NCBI GenBank assembly: GCA_964632215.1
Contig: CAZWBG010000003.1
Coordinates: forward strand, 7,833 to 71,832
Reading direction: 5' to 3'
DNA from: an uncultured Candidatus Saccharibacteria bacterium
GTDB taxonomy: Bacteria; Patescibacteriota; Saccharimonadia; Saccharimonadales; UBA7683
DNA: 64,000 nt
The position numbers and the translations under genes are program-made. The notes beneath the pieces are model-generated. The model searched no databases. It was not told where the DNA came from and worked only from the letters and a program-made list of their open reading frames with translations. The stretch's first letter is position 1. Every line of letters starts with the position of its first letter. Below, piece after piece: positions 44,057 to 53,910 of the stretch.

Positions 44057-44668
44057 ATGGCATACGTGGCTGGTAAACCGATCCTAAGAACTAACCCACT
44101 CGATCTTTTCACCCGCATGGAGTTGGCTGAATTACCTCATTTACTCACACCTGGCGAAACAGTTCTCGGTATAGTGGGAGGATTCTACAGTGCCGGTACT
44201 GCAATTTTATGCGTTACAACTCAGCGACTGCTATTACTTGATAAAAAGCTTTTTCGACTCTCTTTTGAAGATGTAAGATTCGATGTTATTAATGAAGTAA
44301 TTTACAGCCATCAAATGTTCCTTGCATCAGCTACTTTCTATGTTGCAGGTAGGAATTTAAATTTCCGTACATGGTATAAAAAGGAACTTCAGCTACTAGT
44401 GCGCTATGTGCAGAATAAGATGTTTGAATCTAGGGGTGAGGCTACGGTCGAAGATAGCGGTGTACAGGAGTTGTTGGGCGAGCAGGCTAAGCATGAAATT
44501 TCTGGTAATGAAGTAGCAAAGCCACTTTCTCAGACTCAGTACCATTATACCTCACGATTAACTCCCGCCAGGCGGCCGTATATGGGGCAGGGAACAGCTA
44601 GGTGGCGTCGAGCTGGCCGATTTATGAATACACTTCCGAGTCACCCCGGCTCACGGAATAGTTCGTAG
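44057..44668 (+). CDS. Bacterial PH-domain (YokE/bPH-like) protein with basic C-terminal tail
   Basis: 'LLTPGETVLGIVGG...AILCVTTQRLLLLDKKLFRLSFEDVRFDVINEV' is typical of bacterial PH domains. SD AAGGAGG is present. Confidence 0.45.
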   Translation: MAYVAGKPILRTNPLDLFTRMELAELPHLLTPGETVLGIVGGFYSAGTAILCVTTQRLLLLDKKLFRLSFEDVRFDVINEVIYSHQMFLASATFYVAGRNLNFRTWYKKELQLLVRYVQNKMFESRGEATVEDSGVQELLGEQAKHEISGNEVAKPLSQTQYHYTSRLTPARRPYMGQGTARWRRAGRFMNTLPSHPGSRNSS

Positions 44669-44682
44669 CGGGGTATATTGGA

Positions 44683-45819
44683 TTACTTACTGACGTTGAA
44701 TCTAAACTCAACCACATCATCTGGTTGCATACTGTAGGTCTTTCCTTCGGTACGCACCTTACCAGCAGTTTTCGCGGCTTGTAGTGACCCGACACTAAGC
44801 AGATCGGAACAGGTGACTATTTCTGCTGCAATAAATCCGCGTTCAAAATCGCCGTGAATCACACCTGCAGCTTGCGGAGCAGTCGCTCCAATTTTGATAG
44901 TCCAAGCTCGCACTTCTTTATCCCCCGCAGTCAGGTAGCTTTGTAAACCCAGGGTTGTGTAGGCGGCATGAATAACCTGTGTGAGGCCAGATTCGTTCTG
45001 ACCGTAACTTTCTAGAAGTTCACTGGCTTCAGTTTCGGACATGTCTTTGAGCTCGGCCTCAAGTTGAGCATTCACAAATAAACTTTGAGCGGGCTCGCCT
45101 GACTGGCTTTCTGATCGGGCAGGTGAGACAAGCTCACTGAGCTCTTTTTGCTCTGCTGTATTACCAAGGTTTTCCTCATCAATATTAAAAACATAAATAA
45201 CTGGCTTAGTGGTGAGTAGTTGCATGTTACGAAGTGCTAATACTGGCTCTGAATTGGCGTCGAGATTACCGAGTGTTTGCGTGAGTGAGCCTATATCTCC
45301 AGCTTCTAAAAATGACAGCACAGTTTTTAGAAGGTCTACATTACCCTTGAGCTTAGGATTGGCTCGGGCTTCTTTTTCAAGTTTGGGTAAGCTTTTTTCA
45401 ATAGTCTGTAGATCGGCCAGAATAAGCTCGGTATTGATAATCTCGATATCATCCTTAGGGTGAACTCGCTCGTGTACGTGTACAATATCGTTATTCTCAA
45501 ATGCCCGAACCACGTGCACAATAGCGTCACACTCGCGAATATTGGCTAAGAATTGATTGCCCAGGCCCTCGCCTTTACTGGCCCCTGCAACCAAGCCCGC
45601 GATATCTACAAAGGTAACCGTAGCCGGGACGATCGGTGCGTTGTTGTAGAGTTGGCTTAGCTGTGTGAGTCTTTCATCTGGTACGGGTACAATACCAGTA
45701 TTTGGTTCAATAGTTGCAAATGGATAATTAGCCGCTAAAATATCATTTTTAGTCAGTGCATTAAAAAGTGTAGATTTGCCTACATTTGGTAAGCCAATAA
45801 TGCCAATGGATAAACTCAT
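44683..45819 (-). CDS. ychF: Redox-regulated ATPase YchF
   Basis: G1 motif 'GIIGLPNVGKSTLFNALT', 'DIAGLV', and a TGS-like C-terminus 'DFERGFIAAEIV'. Confidence 0.92.
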   Translation of the reverse strand: MSLSIGIIGLPNVGKSTLFNALTKNDILAANYPFATIEPNTGIVPVPDERLTQLSQLYNNAPIVPATVTFVDIAGLVAGASKGEGLGNQFLANIRECDAIVHVVRAFENNDIVHVHERVHPKDDIEIINTELILADLQTIEKSLPKLEKEARANPKLKGNVDLLKTVLSFLEAGDIGSLTQTLGNLDANSEPVLALRNMQLLTTKPVIYVFNIDEENLGNTAEQKELSELVSPARSESQSGEPAQSLFVNAQLEAELKDMSETEASELLESYGQNESGLTQVIHAAYTTLGLQSYLTAGDKEVRAWTIKIGATAPQAAGVIHGDFERGFIAAEIVTCSDLLSVGSLQAAKTAGKVRTEGKTYSMQPDDVVEFRFNVSK

Positions 45820-45826
45820 TAATCTT

Positions 45827-45835
45827 ATTATAACA
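45827..45835 (-). promoter_or_regulatory. Extended -10 box (TGtTATAAT) 7 nt upstream of ychF ATG; leaderless candidate
   Basis: The minus strand reads TGT-TATAAT-aagatta-ATG. Confidence 0.5.
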
Positions 45836-46014
45836 GAGGTATAATATAAGTACTAGGTAAAGCCTTCTTGAGTATGCCCGCAGTATAAATTCTGAGGAAC
45901 TTCTCCAAGCTTGATGTGTGCTGTGGCTAGAATATGTGGGGGTTGAATAGATTCTAACGTTACTAAATGCTGGCCAGACACACTTGCTTAATTGAAAAAG
46001 GGGTAAGCATAAGC

Positions 46015-46020
46015 TATAAT
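46015..46020 (+). promoter_or_regulatory. -10 box (TATAAT) 9 nt upstream of ATG 46030
   Basis: Sequence reads TATAAT-tctctcaag-ATG. No SD is present. Confidence 0.4.
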
Positions 46021-46029
46021 TCTCTCAAG

Positions 46030-46554
46030 ATGTCTCAAGAAGATTTTAAAGATACTCAGAAGAATAAAAAAAGATCACTCATCGGCAAGAGAAAGTGGGT
46101 TGTGCCAGTGGCCCTACTGGTAGTTATTTTACTTGTGGCAGGCGTAGCTGGCGGATATTTTGTGCAAAAAAAGCGGGCGCAGAATATTTGTAGCGGTAGT
46201 GCTGCGGGAACTGCTTTCTTTGAAGAAGCTGCCGGGTTTCTTGCAATTGGTAGCTCTGTATCAGAACTAAGGCCATATGCCGAAAAGGTGTTTGCCACAA
46301 AAGGGTATGAAAAGTCTGCAAGTTGTCTCTATGTAGTGCTTGTGTACAGTATTGACCTCAGTGACCCGGGTGAGTCACGCCTATACTTGGATAAATTGAC
46401 AGCAATTTATAATCCCGAGCAAGGGTACGACAAGGGGATCGAAGGGGTTGCGCTCACACTCGATGAACTAAAGCCCATTGTTGAATTCTTGGAACAACAA
46501 GCGAAGCCAACTAATCCTGGATTGCGTTACGCACCACAGGTGTCAGAACAATGA
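46030..46554 (+). CDS. Hypothetical single-pass membrane protein
   Basis: I prefer 'MSQEDFKDTQKNKKRS...' plus the TM helix 'VVPVALLVVILLVAGVAGGYFV' over ORF-track 45967. The stop overlaps the next gene's start (ATGA). Confidence 0.55.
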   Translation: MSQEDFKDTQKNKKRSLIGKRKWVVPVALLVVILLVAGVAGGYFVQKKRAQNICSGSAAGTAFFEEAAGFLAIGSSVSELRPYAEKVFATKGYEKSASCLYVVLVYSIDLSDPGESRLYLDKLTAIYNPEQGYDKGIEGVALTLDELKPIVEFLEQQAKPTNPGLRYAPQVSEQ

Positions 46555-49382
46555 AATATAATAAATATGTCGTATCTAAGTATTACGTATTGACGAGGCT
46601 AGTATGCCTAGTGTTATTTTGGGTAGTTCTCTCTCTTGTTACTGGTGTATTACCAACTCATGCAGCTATCCCATTGAACCCTGATCCAAATACACACGGC
46701 GGCATACCGTGGGTCTATAGAGATCACCTCCAGCAGTGTAATAGTGGCGGCCCTGCGCTTACGACCTGGATATCTGCTCGCAATCAATCGGCCAGCACTA
46801 GCATAACAGTTCCATATGGTACCCCTTATGTAGATTTACAACTTAACGACTCCGGTGCCACATGTGCCAGTGATAACGCCGGCAGAGCTTACGTTAATAG
46901 GGTTACGGGAGTGGGGCAGGGTGTGGACCCGAGCATTATTGGTCAACAAAACGGCTACGCTTTTGTCAATTACACTCAACCGGGTAATTACAACCATGCT
47001 TCAATGCCTTTTCGCTATACACCAGTTGGCGGTTTTACAGTAAGTGGAGATTATTATGTTAATATTACTGCCCACTCCATTGCGCAATTTACGAGTGACT
47101 TTAGATGTATCCCGGGTGGTCAACCAACCACGAGCTTAAATAACTTTGCCCCCTGCCCTACAGAAGCTACTAATTTTAATATTCATATAACGGTAAGTGA
47201 TAATACACCCGAGGGAACCATAGACTCAGGGCACTGCAGTATTTTATCGGGGTGGGTAGTAGATAGAGATAGGCCAAGCAGCTCCATAAATGTACATGTG
47301 TATGCAGACGGTCGTGCGGGAGATGGTGGTAACTACATAGGTAGCTATTTGGCAAATGCATCCCGTCCTGATGTTAATAGTGCTCTTGGTGTGAGCGGAA
47401 ATCATGGGTTTAGTATTGACCTTGCGAGTAACATGGCAACTACACCAAGAACTTTCTATGTGTATGCTATCGGTGTTAACGTAGGTGGAGCTACAAATGG
47501 CAATAATCCGCAACTGCATGCACGTCCGGATATTCCTCTTTATACGGGACCACCTGGCCCGGGTCGGAATCCACTAGGAGGTATGGTGGCGAGCAGCGCC
47601 AAGGGTCCGGCCTGTAATCAGGCGCCCATGGGGGATGTTTGGACAGGTGACTGCAGTATTATGACAGGTTGGGCCTTAGATATGGACAGACCAAGTAGCG
47701 AGATTAATATAGATGTCTACGCAGACGCGCCACGTGGAACAGGTACATACATCGGTCGTTTTCCGACGAATGTCTACAGTGCTGGTATAAACGACTACTT
47801 CGGGGTGACCGGTAATCATACCTTTAGTATTAACATGACAAATTATATGGCAACCACCCCTCGAGCCTTTTATCTCTACGCCATTGGTGTGAATAGTAGT
47901 GGCTCACTCGACGGAATGAACCCGCAGCTCTTATCAAGCACCCTACCGTCGTATACTACCCCACCTGGCCCGGGTAAGACTGGCACGGGTGGAATAGTGG
48001 CCAGCAGCGCAAAGGGACCAGCTTGTGTGCCAACCTGTACAGCGTCTGCTAATCCATCAATCATTAGTTATGGGGGTAACTTTACACTTAACTATTCATT
48101 TACAGGTGGACAGTCGGCAACATTAAACCCTGGAAACATCTCTGTTACAACTGGACAAAATCCGAATAATACTATTAACGGTGCTAGCGTGATTACACCC
48201 TCTCCATCTCCTGTCGCAAAAACAACCTACACTCTGACAGTCACCAACTCGATTTCGGGCAAGTCGAGTAACTGTAGCTTTGTAATTGATGTCAAAGTTA
48301 ACAAACCTTACCTTAGGGTTTCAGGTAACGATGTTATGAGTGGAGCGGTATTTGCCGGTATAGACGGAAGAACCTGCGAGACTGCTCGGCAGAGTCCTAT
48401 TCCGGGGAATGATATTAGTGCCCAAAATGCTTCTATTAATACCAATGGGTATTACTCTCAAAGCAGCGTAGCACTACGTTCGACATACGCAGCATATGGA
48501 GTTTCGTCGTCCCAATACGCTGTATTTGCCAGTGGTATCGTCGGTAATAACAATAAAGATGACAATAACTTTGTAGGAAATAGCGGCTACTTCCGTCAAA
48601 ATATTGCCAAAGATGTGACTTTTGCAAACGATCAGGGGTTTGCAGGCAACTACGGCCAATACTATATGACAGCAGGGACTATACCTTGTGTTAACCTCTC
48701 TACGATTTCGGTACCCGTTACCACTACTGGCGGCCCTAATGCCCAGCTAGAGACGTTGCTCAGTGACTCAGCAACAATCGTGCGTGCACCAGGTAATGTA
48801 ATCGTTACTACTGCTGCGCCATCTGGATCGGCTCCAGTCACGCTAGTCGCTGGTACTCGTAAGGTGGTTATAGCTGAAGGTGATGTTACGATTGCTAAGA
48901 ACATTGTGCCTAGTAGTAGCTATAGTGACCTAGATGCCGTACCTAGTTTAACTATTATTGCCAAGGGTAATATTTATATCCAAAGTGGAGTCACTGATGT
49001 TAATGCTACGCTCATAGCTTACCCTACAACTGCAGCTACGGGTCGCCTAGATACCTGTAGCAATGTAGGTGGAACAGGTGCCTGGCCCGCCAATGGTACG
49101 ACGTTTACAACAAGTGTTTGTGCTAATAAATTAACGATTAGTGGTTTCGTGGCCGCCAAGCAAATACTCTGGAAACGAGCATATGGAACCCTGGGTCCAA
49201 CGAGCAATGCTGTTAATACTACCTGCGTTGTTAACAGTGTTGCAATTGCTCGGCTGGAAGCATGTAGTGCTGAACAGATTAAGGCCGTACCTTCTCGATA
49301 TCTTGTTGACCCGCTCGCGCCAAGCGCAAGTGGAGTCGGAAGTATTCCTGTAAGCACTCGAGAGCTACCACCAATATACTAG
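46551..49382 (+). CDS. Large secreted protein with internal tandem domain duplication (adhesin-like), function unknown
   Basis: Signal or anchor sequence 'LVCLVLFWVVLSLVTGVLPTHA'. Two ~128-aa repeats are each bounded by Cys ('G.CSI..GW..D.DRPSS.IN..VYAD ... VASSAKGPAC'). The C-terminal half is Thr/Ser/Gly/Asn-rich. Confidence 0.8.
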   Translation: MKYNKYVVSKYYVLTRLVCLVLFWVVLSLVTGVLPTHAAIPLNPDPNTHGGIPWVYRDHLQQCNSGGPALTTWISARNQSASTSITVPYGTPYVDLQLNDSGATCASDNAGRAYVNRVTGVGQGVDPSIIGQQNGYAFVNYTQPGNYNHASMPFRYTPVGGFTVSGDYYVNITAHSIAQFTSDFRCIPGGQPTTSLNNFAPCPTEATNFNIHITVSDNTPEGTIDSGHCSILSGWVVDRDRPSSSINVHVYADGRAGDGGNYIGSYLANASRPDVNSALGVSGNHGFSIDLASNMATTPRTFYVYAIGVNVGGATNGNNPQLHARPDIPLYTGPPGPGRNPLGGMVASSAKGPACNQAPMGDVWTGDCSIMTGWALDMDRPSSEINIDVYADAPRGTGTYIGRFPTNVYSAGINDYFGVTGNHTFSINMTNYMATTPRAFYLYAIGVNSSGSLDGMNPQLLSSTLPSYTTPPGPGKTGTGGIVASSAKGPACVPTCTASANPSIISYGGNFTLNYSFTGGQSATLNPGNISVTTGQNPNNTINGASVITPSPSPVAKTTYTLTVTNSISGKSSNCSFVIDVKVNKPYLRVSGNDVMSGAVFAGIDGRTCETARQSPIPGNDISAQNASINTNGYYSQSSVALRSTYAAYGVSSSQYAVFASGIVGNNNKDDNNFVGNSGYFRQNIAKDVTFANDQGFAGNYGQYYMTAGTIPCVNLSTISVPVTTTGGPNAQLETLLSDSATIVRAPGNVIVTTAAPSGSAPVTLVAGTRKVVIAEGDVTIAKNIVPSSSYSDLDAVPSLTIIAKGNIYIQSGVTDVNATLIAYPTTAATGRLDTCSNVGGTGAWPANGTTFTTSVCANKLTISGFVAAKQILWKRAYGTLGPTSNAVNTTCVVNSVAIARLEACSAEQIKAVPSRYLVDPLAPSASGVGSIPVSTRELPPIY
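47229..47615 (+). repeat. Intragenic tandem domain repeat, copy 1
   Basis: 'GHCSILSGWVVDRDRPSSSINVHVYADGR...TPRTFYVYAIGVN...GGMVASSAKGPAC'. Confidence 0.85.
47646..48026 (+). repeat. Intragenic tandem domain repeat, copy 2
   Basis: 'GDCSIMTGWALDMDRPSSEINIDVYADAP...TPRAFYLYAIGVN...GGIVASSAKGPAC'. The start is offset 417 nt from copy 1. Confidence 0.85.
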
Positions 49383-49430
49383 TCAGCGTGATTATTTCTT
49401 ACCTACCCCTTGGCAAGTATAAAACGCTTA

Positions 49431-49439
49431 TGGTAAACT
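49431..49439 (+). promoter_or_regulatory. Extended -10 box (TGgTAAACT) 10 nt upstream of pilM ATG
   Basis: Sequence reads TGG-TAAACT-aagcacaagt-ATG(49450). No SD is present. Confidence 0.4.
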
Positions 49440-49449
49440 AAGCACAAGT

Positions 49450-50502
49450 ATGAAGCAATCAATATTCAATGCGGTGGGAGAGTTCTTTGCCTTGGACATC
49501 GGGTCAACGGCAGTAAGAATTGTACAGCTACGTCCAAGCGGGCATGGTTTTAACCTAGTAAAGTATGGTGCTACCCCTGTTGATGTCAAAACTGCACTCT
49601 CAGATGCTCCAGCTGACCAACTTAAGATTGGCGAGATTATCTCTAGTCTTATCACTGAGATAGGTCTTTCTACTCGTAACGTGGCAGTAGGCTTACCGTC
49701 TAATAAAACTTTCGTGACCATTGTTGATGTTCCTAAGATGTCACCACAAGAACTGGCGAGCACAATTAAGTACCAAGCTGACCAATTTATCCCTATGGCT
49801 GCGAATGAGGCAAAAATCGATCATGCGGTCTTGGGTGATTCACCTACGGAACAGGGAAAGTCAGAGGTATTACTTGCTAGTGTTACTAATAAATTTAGTG
49901 AACAAAGACTAGAGATGCTTGAGGCGATTGGACTTAATGTTGTAGCCTTGGAGCCAGAATCACTGGCCTTGGCTCGTGCGCTTACGCCCCTAAATGGATC
50001 AGCAGGCGGACAGATGATTGTCGATATTGGTGAGTACGCCACAGATATTGTGATTACACTGGGCGGAGCTCCGCGGCTCGTGCGTACTATACCTACGGGT
50101 GGTCAGACCCTGATTCGTTCAGCGGTACAAAACCTTAACATAGATGAAAATCAAGCTCGCCAGTTTGTTTACAAGTTTGGTCTTGATAAAACTAAGCTTG
50201 AAGGTCAAATATACCGAGCCCTAGATGCATCAGTAGAAGTGATTGCTACCGAAGTACAAAAATCGATCAAATTCTTTTCAGCACGCTATCAGAATGCACC
50301 TATTAATGCTATTACTACTTCAGGTGCAGCAGCAGTTTTACCTGGTTTTCACCAATATCTTTCAGCCTCTGCAGGCAATATACCAGTTCAGGCGGGCAAT
50401 AGTTGGCAAAATGTCTCGTACCCTAATAACATTCACGAACAGCTGATGGCTGTAAATCATCAGTTTGCGGTGGCCGTAGGCTTGGCAGAGAGGAGTGCTT
50501 AA
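49450..50502 (+). CDS. pilM: Type IV pilus assembly protein PilM (actin-like ATPase fold)
   Basis: 'FALDIGSTAVRIVQL' phosphate-1 motif. Size is 350 aa. It is the first gene of the pil operon. Confidence 0.8.
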   Translation: MKQSIFNAVGEFFALDIGSTAVRIVQLRPSGHGFNLVKYGATPVDVKTALSDAPADQLKIGEIISSLITEIGLSTRNVAVGLPSNKTFVTIVDVPKMSPQELASTIKYQADQFIPMAANEAKIDHAVLGDSPTEQGKSEVLLASVTNKFSEQRLEMLEAIGLNVVALEPESLALARALTPLNGSAGGQMIVDIGEYATDIVITLGGAPRLVRTIPTGGQTLIRSAVQNLNIDENQARQFVYKFGLDKTKLEGQIYRALDASVEVIATEVQKSIKFFSARYQNAPINAITTSGAAAVLPGFHQYLSASAGNIPVQAGNSWQNVSYPNNIHEQLMAVNHQFAVAVGLAERSA

Positions 50503-51221
50503 TGGTTCAGATTAATCTCTTGCCAGATGTAAAGCGTGAGTATCTACACTCTCAACAAATGAAGCACACCTTTATTATTGGTTCAGTACTACTCGCAGCC
50601 ACAGTATTGGTGCTTCTGGCTCTGCTTTATGGCTATGTGCAAGTTTTACAGCCTCGTCACCGAGTTAATCTCCAGAAAGACATAGATGTTACTGTCGCTT
50701 CGATTCAAGATAAGAAAGATGGTTCAAAGGTCGTCACTGTTCAGGGTGCTCTTGAGCAGTTGCCAGGATTACAGGATAAAAAATTGATGACCACTCGATT
50801 ATTTGGCTACATACAAGGGTTTACACCTACTGGTATTGCATACAATGATGTTAGCCTTGATACGTCTATTAACACCATGAAGCTTACCGGTACATCAGTT
50901 AGCTATGAACGAGCTAACGCTCTGGCCAATAACTTAAAGAGTGCTCAATTTAGTTACAAACAAAATGATACTACTCAAACTATTCAACCATTCTCAAATA
51001 TTGTATTTGAGGGTCTCTCTAAGAGTGAGCAGGCAGAGGTTGGTAGCGCAGTTTCGTTTCAGATTTCATTTACGTATAACCCGATTCTCTTTGATCAAAG
51101 TATCAGCGACACCAAACTCGTAGTAAATGCTTCGTCAGAAGAGCTTCTTTTACCGACTGTTCAACCTTTTAGTAATATGCCTAGCACAACTAATACTCCA
51201 TCTCCAGGAGGAGCACAATGA
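50502..51221 (+). CDS. pilN: PilN-like pilus assembly protein
   Basis: Hallmark N-terminus 'MVQINLLPDVKRE' followed by a single TM helix. ATG overlaps the pilM stop. Confidence 0.7.
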   Translation: MVQINLLPDVKREYLHSQQMKHTFIIGSVLLAATVLVLLALLYGYVQVLQPRHRVNLQKDIDVTVASIQDKKDGSKVVTVQGALEQLPGLQDKKLMTTRLFGYIQGFTPTGIAYNDVSLDTSINTMKLTGTSVSYERANALANNLKSAQFSYKQNDTTQTIQPFSNIVFEGLSKSEQAEVGSAVSFQISFTYNPILFDQSISDTKLVVNASSEELLLPTVQPFSNMPSTTNTPSPGGAQ

Positions 51222-51835
51222 ACCAGAAAACTGAGAGTAAGCGGGCGCAAATTACTAAAGCTGGATCAGCCGTATTTGTTGCAGTTGCCGTAGCAGCGGT
51301 TGTTATTGCGGTGAGTGCAGTTTCCATAAAGTTCTTATGGGAACGCAAGGTTTACAACGATCGTGTTATTGAAGCAAAAACTCAAGCTCGGAATGAATTG
51401 CAAAGTAATGCTACTAATATAGATAAACTTCTAGAACAATTCCCAACTTTGGAAAATAGCCCGACTACGAATTCTAGAACTATCCTGCATGCCCTACCAC
51501 CAGTGTATGATTACCCAGCTCTGGTTACGTCGCTCGATTACTTGGCTCAGATTTCGGGCGTCACCATGACTGGTGGTGCTGGTGCGGATCTTTCTGCAAC
51601 CGCAATCAAACAGTCAGATGTGTCAGTACCACAAGAAATACCACTGAGCTTTGAAGTACAGGGAACCTACCAGTCAGTAAGCCAATTTATAGAAAATCTT
51701 GAGCGCAGTATTCGTCCTATTTTGGTAACGAGCGTGCAGTACAGTGGTACAAATGCAGACCTCAAGGCCAATATTCAGGCTAAGACCTATTACCAACCGG
51801 TACGATCGCTAGAAGTTATAAGGAGTCCACTCTAA
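51218..51835 (+). CDS. pilO: PilO-like pilus assembly protein
   Basis: N-terminal TM helix, a coiled-coil segment and a ~100-aa C-terminal domain. The position after pilN and the 4-nt overlap support the call. The assignment is positional and architectural. Confidence 0.5.
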   Translation: MNQKTESKRAQITKAGSAVFVAVAVAAVVIAVSAVSIKFLWERKVYNDRVIEAKTQARNELQSNATNIDKLLEQFPTLENSPTTNSRTILHALPPVYDYPALVTSLDYLAQISGVTMTGGAGADLSATAIKQSDVSVPQEIPLSFEVQGTYQSVSQFIENLERSIRPILVTSVQYSGTNADLKANIQAKTYYQPVRSLEVIRSPL

Positions 51836-52077
51836 TGAAGAAGAACGACATCGCAGCAGTAGTGTTAATTGTGGCCATTGCAGGTATTATCTCTTGGTTT
51901 GGTGCGGGCGCTCTGATTGGGAAGCCAGAGAATAACCCTGTAGAGATTGAGCGGATGACTGTTATCGAGCCTAATTTTCCGACACCAGATCCGCGTATTT
52001 TCAACGACAAAGCGATTGATCCTACGGTAGAAATCAAAGATGGTGGACAATCTTCGCAGAATCCATTTGGAAACTAA
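51835..52077 (+). CDS. Small single-pass membrane protein of the pil operon
   Basis: 'IAAVVLIVAIAGIISWFGAGALI' TM helix. The 80-aa gene overlaps the pilO stop. Confidence 0.5.
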   Translation: MKKNDIAAVVLIVAIAGIISWFGAGALIGKPENNPVEIERMTVIEPNFPTPDPRIFNDKAIDPTVEIKDGGQSSQNPFGN

Positions 52078-52088
52078 AAGCATAAAGG

Positions 52089-53900
52089 GTGGCTGGTTTG
52101 AGCGTATTGTCTGAGGAGAATCAAAGAAAGCTAGAGTCTCTACTTGTAGAAGACAAGCTACTGAGTGCTGCAGATGTTGCAAAATATAAGCAGATTGCTA
52201 ACGAAAATAAAGTCCCTTTTCTCAGCTATCTTGTACAAGAAAAACACCTAACTAGCGAGCAGTTTACAAAGGTAATGTCCCGTGTTTTGGGCCTGCCATA
52301 CGTAAACCTGATGGCTTCAAAGGTGAATCCTGCTATTTTAAATCTTTTACCACAAGATGTAGCAGAGCGGTTTATGGCGGTACCCTTAGGTGAGATGCAG
52401 CATCGTCTAGCAGTCGCTATGCTTGACCCGAATAATGTGCAGGCAGTTGATTTTCTCTCCAACAAGATTGGGCGAGCACTTAAAGTCTATATGGCGAGTG
52501 AAGATGGTATCCGACATATCCTTGACCAGTACAATACTGATCTACAAGAAGGGGTGAGCGATGCGCTTACATCCGCAGATGATCTGCTAGATAACGATGC
52601 TCAGGTTGAGTTCGATCGTGATAGTAAGAAGAATAGTACCGAAGAGATTAAGACCATTGTACAAGATTCTCCAATCAGTCGGGCGCTCAGTACTATTTTG
52701 GAATATGCAGTTCGGGCCCGAGCCTCAGATATACATATAGAGCCGCTGGAAAATACGCTGCGTATTCGTTGTCGAGTAGATGGTGTCTTGCGTGAGATCA
52801 TGAAACTCCCTAAAACCATTGAGCCAGCTCTTATCTCACGTGTTAAAATTCTCTCCAACCTAAAGATAGACGAACACCGTATTCCGCAAGATGGTCAGTT
52901 TACAGTACGCATTGGGAATCATGGGGCTGATCTGCGTATAGCTATCTCTCCGGTCGTATGGGGTGAGCAAGTTATTATCAGAATTTTAGACAAGACAAAT
53001 ACGAGCTTTAAGCTTCAAGACCTAGGATATGCCGGTCGAAGCTTACAGGCAGTCTACAAAGGTCTTAAAAGACCGAGCGGCATGATTCTAACCTCTGGAC
53101 CAACTGGTTCGGGTAAATCTACAAGTTTGTATGCCCTGATTCAAGAGATTAAGAACGATACCATTAATATAGTCACCCTAGAAGACCCAGTTGAGTACAA
53201 GATGGAAGGTGTGAATCAGATACAGGTGAATCCAGATGTGGGCCTTACTTTTGCAACTGGACTTCGTTCAATTTTGCGTCAAGATCCAGATGTGGTTTTA
53301 GTAGGTGAGATTCGTGACAAAGAGACTGCTCAGCTAGCAGTGCAGGCGGCACTTACGGGGCACTTAGTGTTTAGTACATTACACACGAACTCAGCAGCCG
53401 GTGTGTTACCGCGACTACTTGATATGGGGATAGAGCCGTTTCTTATTGCTTCAACGGTCAATACAATTATTGGCCAACGGCTCGTTAGACGTATTAGTGA
53501 AGAGAAAACTACTTACCAGGCAGATAAGGTTGAAGTAGGAGCAATCAACGAGACTCTACAGAGGTTATTACCCGAGAAGGAGGCAGATCGTAAAAAAACT
53601 GGTGAAGAATTAGGCTACCAGAACTTGCCCTTACGGGACCAAAACGCTTATACTTTATGGAGAGGTAAAGATACCTCCCAAACACCCGGTGGTTATAAGG
53701 GTCGTGTTGGGCTATACGAAGTGATTGATGTGAATGGAGAAATTGAAACCATGATCCTTAATCGAGCAACTTCGAGTGAAATTCAAAAGAAGGCAGTAGA
53801 GCAGGGCACGATCACAATGCGTGAAGACGGCTACCTGAAGGCAGTAACTGGCCTAACTTCGATTGAAGAAGTAAACCGTGTAACCGCAGCAGATATATAA
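52089..53900 (+). CDS. pilB: Type IV pilus extension ATPase PilB (GspE family)
   Basis: N-terminal GSPII_E_N-like domain. Walker A 'SGPTGSGKSTSLYA', Asp box, Walker B 'VVLVGEIRD' and His box 'TGHLVFSTLHTN'. Confidence 0.9.
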   Translation: MAGLSVLSEENQRKLESLLVEDKLLSAADVAKYKQIANENKVPFLSYLVQEKHLTSEQFTKVMSRVLGLPYVNLMASKVNPAILNLLPQDVAERFMAVPLGEMQHRLAVAMLDPNNVQAVDFLSNKIGRALKVYMASEDGIRHILDQYNTDLQEGVSDALTSADDLLDNDAQVEFDRDSKKNSTEEIKTIVQDSPISRALSTILEYAVRARASDIHIEPLENTLRIRCRVDGVLREIMKLPKTIEPALISRVKILSNLKIDEHRIPQDGQFTVRIGNHGADLRIAISPVVWGEQVIIRILDKTNTSFKLQDLGYAGRSLQAVYKGLKRPSGMILTSGPTGSGKSTSLYALIQEIKNDTINIVTLEDPVEYKMEGVNQIQVNPDVGLTFATGLRSILRQDPDVVLVGEIRDKETAQLAVQAALTGHLVFSTLHTNSAAGVLPRLLDMGIEPFLIASTVNTIIGQRLVRRISEEKTTYQADKVEVGAINETLQRLLPEKEADRKKTGEELGYQNLPLRDQNAYTLWRGKDTSQTPGGYKGRVGLYEVIDVNGEIETMILNRATSSEIQKKAVEQGTITMREDGYLKAVTGLTSIEEVNRVTAADI

Positions 53901-53910
53901 GGAGGATCAG

